64,000 nt of DNA from Candidatus Poribacteria bacterium (GTDB taxonomy: Bacteria; Poribacteria; WGA-4E; WGA-3G). Each line of letters begins with the position of its first letter. Position 1 is the stretch's first letter. Below are positions 60,693 through 64,000 of the stretch, piece after piece. The stretch covers positions 928,001 through 992,000 of the forward strand of contig CBDANF010000002.1 in the NCBI GenBank assembly GCA_965197475.1, read 5' to 3'. The translations under genes were made by a program, and so were the position numbers. The notes below the pieces were generated by a model. The model was not told the origin of the DNA. It saw only the letters and a program-made list of their open reading frames with translations, and ran no database searches.

Positions 60693-60765
60693 TTACGAAC
60701 AGATTCCTTGCATTAAAAAGGAATTTGTATTATGCTATCCACATCCCGTATTAAGGAGAAAAAGA

Positions 60766-62271
60766 ATGAGTCTATTGGGTATAGATGTTGGTACAACAGG
60801 ATGTAAAGTCATTGCATTTCGCGAGGATGGCGAGATTCTTGCACAAGCTTATGGTGAATATCCGTTAATACACCCGCAACCCGGTTGGTCAGAATTGGAT
60901 TCAAACGTTGTCTGGGAAAATGTTTCCAACGGAATTCGCGAGGTTGGCACACAAACAAAAACAGATCCGATTGAAGCAATTAGCGTGGCATCACAAGGTG
61001 AAGCAGTGACACCCGTATCGGGAAACTGCGATGTTCTCGCAAACGCTATTACCACGTTTGATTCCCGTACCACAGGAATCTGCGAAGAAATACTACAAGA
61101 AATTACACCTTTAGAAGTGATGCAAATCACTGGCATGCCGCCGAGTAATATACACACACTTGCGAAATTGGTATGGATACAACGGAATCAACCAGAAATT
61201 TATAAAGAGGTGTGGAAATTTTTTGGCTTTGAAGACTTCGTTAACTTCAGGCTGGGTGTGCAACCTGTGGTGGATTACTCTCTCGCAGCCCGGACTATGT
61301 GCTTTGATATTATCAACAAGTGCTGGTCGGAAAAGATGCTCGGTTTGGCAAATGTGGACGTATCAATCTTACCAGACACAGTGCCTTCAGGCACTATCAT
61401 CGGTGAAATAGGCACTAAAGTTGCGGGAGAACTTGGCCTTCCCAATGGAGTCGTTGTTGTTGCGGGCGGACACGATCAACCGTGTGGTGCGTTGGGCGCA
61501 GGTATCATTTGCGGTGGAGAAGTAATGGACGCAACAGGCACAGTCGAGTGTATTGCCCCTGCATTTCCCGAACCGGTAGTCAACCCGCAGATGATAGACG
61601 GTAACTTTTCTTGCTATCCTCATGTCGTTGAAGGACTCTATGTTACGTTAGGATTTGTGTCAAGCGGTGGTGTTGTGCTGCGATGGTTTCGGGATACCTT
61701 AGCACAAGCAGAAGTGGCGCAAGCTGCGGCAGAGGGAAAAGATGTCTATGACATTCTGCTTGAAGATATTCCAGATGTGCCCGGTACTGCGATGCTGCTG
61801 CCTCACTTCACCGGTTCTGGAACACCACATCTTGATTTGGAATCGAAGGGCGCAATTGTCGGATTGTCACTTTCAACTTCCAAAAGTGAACTTGTCAAAG
61901 CGATACTTGAAGGCATTAGTTATGAAATAAAACAGAATCTCGCGATGTTGCAGGACGCAGGCGTTGTGATAAATGAGGTTCGCGCTATCGGTGGCGGTGC
62001 GAAATCGGAAAAATGGTTGCAACTCAAGGCTGATATGTTTGGTAAAAAGGTCATCGCGCTTGACATTTCGGAAGGTGTCTGTCTTGGAACTGCTATCTTG
62101 TCAGGAACGGCAATAGGTAAGTATAGTGGAATTGAAGAGGCGGTTGACCTATTAGTGAAACCGCGTGAGGTCTACTATCCGCGTGAGGAAATTGCGCAAC
62201 AGTACGATGAGAAGTTGAAAGTTTATGAGCAGATCTATCCCGCGATCCGTAATCTGAATGACCAATTGTAA
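60766..62271 (+). CDS. FGGY-family carbohydrate kinase (xylulokinase-like)
   Basis: LGIDVGTTG.K, GGHDQ, TGT, LPHF.G.GTP, GGGAKS. Confidence 0.92.
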   Translation: MSLLGIDVGTTGCKVIAFREDGEILAQAYGEYPLIHPQPGWSELDSNVVWENVSNGIREVGTQTKTDPIEAISVASQGEAVTPVSGNCDVLANAITTFDSRTTGICEEILQEITPLEVMQITGMPPSNIHTLAKLVWIQRNQPEIYKEVWKFFGFEDFVNFRLGVQPVVDYSLAARTMCFDIINKCWSEKMLGLANVDVSILPDTVPSGTIIGEIGTKVAGELGLPNGVVVVAGGHDQPCGALGAGIICGGEVMDATGTVECIAPAFPEPVVNPQMIDGNFSCYPHVVEGLYVTLGFVSSGGVVLRWFRDTLAQAEVAQAAAEGKDVYDILLEDIPDVPGTAMLLPHFTGSGTPHLDLESKGAIVGLSLSTSKSELVKAILEGISYEIKQNLAMLQDAGVVINEVRAIGGGAKSEKWLQLKADMFGKKVIALDISEGVCLGTAILSGTAIGKYSGIEEAVDLLVKPREVYYPREEIAQQYDEKLKVYEQIYPAIRNLNDQL

Positions 62272-62420
62272 TCGGTATTAGCGCGTAGGTTGGGTAAAGT
62301 TTACGAAACCCAACATGTTATTCCCATTATAACGGTTGCGGCGTTGGGTTTCGCTTGCGCTCTACTCAACCTATGAACTGTCTCATTCTTGTGGGAGGGC
62401 TTTCCAAGCCCGATATACCT

Positions 62421-63374
62421 ATGAAAAAACACGTCGTTGGAATAGACATCGGCGGCACGAAACTCGCGACCGTTGTTGCGGATGACACAGGAAAAATCCT
62501 GAGCAAAGTCCGCAGACCGACACGCGCAGAAAAAGGACCAGAGTATGCTATCCAGTTACTTTTTGAGATGGTTTATGAAGGTATTTCGCAAACAGGTTTG
62601 GAACAGAAAGCAATTTCAGCAATTGGTGTCAGTTGTGGCGGTCCATTAGACACAGAAACCGGAGTTGTTTATTCCCCACCGAATCTGCCCGGTTGGGATA
62701 CGTTTCCGCTGAAAACGCGACTTGAATCCGAGTTTAAGATACCAGCCACAATTGAAAACGATGCAAATGCATCCGCGCTTGCAGAATATCGGTTCGGAGG
62801 CGGCAGCGGTTACAATGCTGTGCTCTATATGACGATGAGTACAGGTATCGGTGGTGGGATTGTAATCAATGGGCAGATATATCACGGTGCCAACGATAGT
62901 GCTGGAGAGGTCGGTCACCAGATTCTATTGCCTGATGGTCCGCTATGCGGGTGTGGCAAACGCGGATGCCTTGAGGCACTCTGCTCAGGACCGGCTATTG
63001 CACGCCGCGCCAAAGAAGCGATTCAGAAGGAATCAAACTCTGCGATCCTTACGCTTACAGATGGAAATATTGATGCTATAAAATCGGAGCATGTGCTTGA
63101 GGCGGCAAGGCAAGGGGACGCATTGGCACTAAAGTTAGTTGACGAAACGGCATATTACATGGGTTGGGGTATCGCAAATCTTGTCAACATCATGAACCCT
63201 GACATTGTTCTGTTGGGAACGATCGCTATCGCCGCAGGAGACCTTCTACTTGATCCGATTCGACAGACAGTTTCTGCGTTTGCAATGGCGCGTCCAGCGG
63301 AAGCAGTTAAGATAATGCCGGCAGAGTTGGGTGAATCGTTGGGTGACCTTGCTGCTATCGCACTAGTAGTTTAA
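62421..63374 (+). CDS. ROK-family sugar kinase
   Basis: GIDIGGTK, ENDANA.ALAE, STGIGGG, GEVGH, CGCG.RGCLE. Confidence 0.92.
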   Translation: MKKHVVGIDIGGTKLATVVADDTGKILSKVRRPTRAEKGPEYAIQLLFEMVYEGISQTGLEQKAISAIGVSCGGPLDTETGVVYSPPNLPGWDTFPLKTRLESEFKIPATIENDANASALAEYRFGGGSGYNAVLYMTMSTGIGGGIVINGQIYHGANDSAGEVGHQILLPDGPLCGCGKRGCLEALCSGPAIARRAKEAIQKESNSAILTLTDGNIDAIKSEHVLEAARQGDALALKLVDETAYYMGWGIANLVNIMNPDIVLLGTIAIAAGDLLLDPIRQTVSAFAMARPAEAVKIMPAELGESLGDLAAIALVV

Positions 63375-63402
63375 TTCCTACTCAAAGTTGGAGAGAAACT
63401 TG

Positions 63403-63966
63403 ATGGAGAGAATCCAAAAATATATTTCGCACCTACAAGAAGTTTTAGCACGGTTAAAGTTGGAAGATGTGCGCCGATCCATACACGTAATAATGGATGC
63501 CTATAATGCGGATAAACAAATCTTTGTTATTGGCAACGGCGGCAGTGCATCTACTGCATCTCACTTCGCTTGTGATTTGGGCAAAGGCACAAGTGTTGCA
63601 GGTAAACCTCGTTTTCGTGTGATCAGTTTAACAGATAACATAGCAACAATGACAGCGTGGTCTAATGATGTCGCTTACGAAGATGTTTTCGTTGAACAAC
63701 TCAAAAATCTTGTGAACGCGGGTGACGTTGTAATAGGCATCAGTGCAAGTGGCAATTCTGAGAACGTTATTCGCGCGATGCAGCATGCCTCAGACATTGG
63801 CTGCAAAACCATCGGATGGAGCGGGTTTGGCGGTGGAAGATTGGCAACAATTTGTGATGTGAACGTTGTTGTTGATAGCAACCAATATGGCCCCGTCGAA
63901 GATGTACACTTGATTCTAAATCATGTGTTACATGCATGGATTCAAGAAGAATTTGCGTCATCATAA
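63403..63966 (+). CDS. SIS-domain sugar phosphate isomerase (GmhA-like)
   Basis: GNGGSA..ASH, ND..YE.VF..Q, ISASGNSEN, ED.H. Confidence 0.88.
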   Translation: MERIQKYISHLQEVLARLKLEDVRRSIHVIMDAYNADKQIFVIGNGGSASTASHFACDLGKGTSVAGKPRFRVISLTDNIATMTAWSNDVAYEDVFVEQLKNLVNAGDVVIGISASGNSENVIRAMQHASDIGCKTIGWSGFGGGRLATICDVNVVVDSNQYGPVEDVHLILNHVLHAWIQEEFASS

Positions 63967-64000
63967 AAAACATTTTGAATCGCCTGACCAACCTTGGATA

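Noticed and set aside
1-64000. The many short antisense and alternate-frame ORFs; rRNA, tRNA and prophage genes
   Set aside because: The short ORFs shadow well-supported genes; no rRNA, tRNA cloverleaf or phage structural gene was recognised by eye.

Overview
A 64-kb bacterial window. The gene content suggests Candidatus Poribacteria or a similar sponge symbiont (inference): internalin-like LRR and cohesin/dockerin surface proteins, paired sulfatases, PhyH dioxygenases and dense GTAG-type REPs. Housekeeping and metabolic genes (methionine gamma-lyase-like enzyme, aapJQMP, murA, hisD, sugar kinases) alternate with defence loci: a type I RM operon carrying inserted cassettes, a type IIG/ISP-like RM enzyme, a SMEK-STAND (Avs2-like) protein, ATPase+nuclease pairs and VapBC. 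The most novel candidate is a 2.0-kb element at 37030-39031. It is bounded by perfect 12-bp inverted repeats with TA at both ends and encodes only two coupled DUF1670-like paralogs, with no recognisable classical transposase. It also has a consensus promoter that would drive a ~125-nt structured RNA, and a promoter that forms only if the ends are joined into a circle. The second highlight is the hsdM 3' end, which occurs three times and brackets two defence-like cassettes between hsdM and hsdS. No rRNA, tRNA or CRISPR array was seen. All family calls come from motif recognition by eye, not from database searches.
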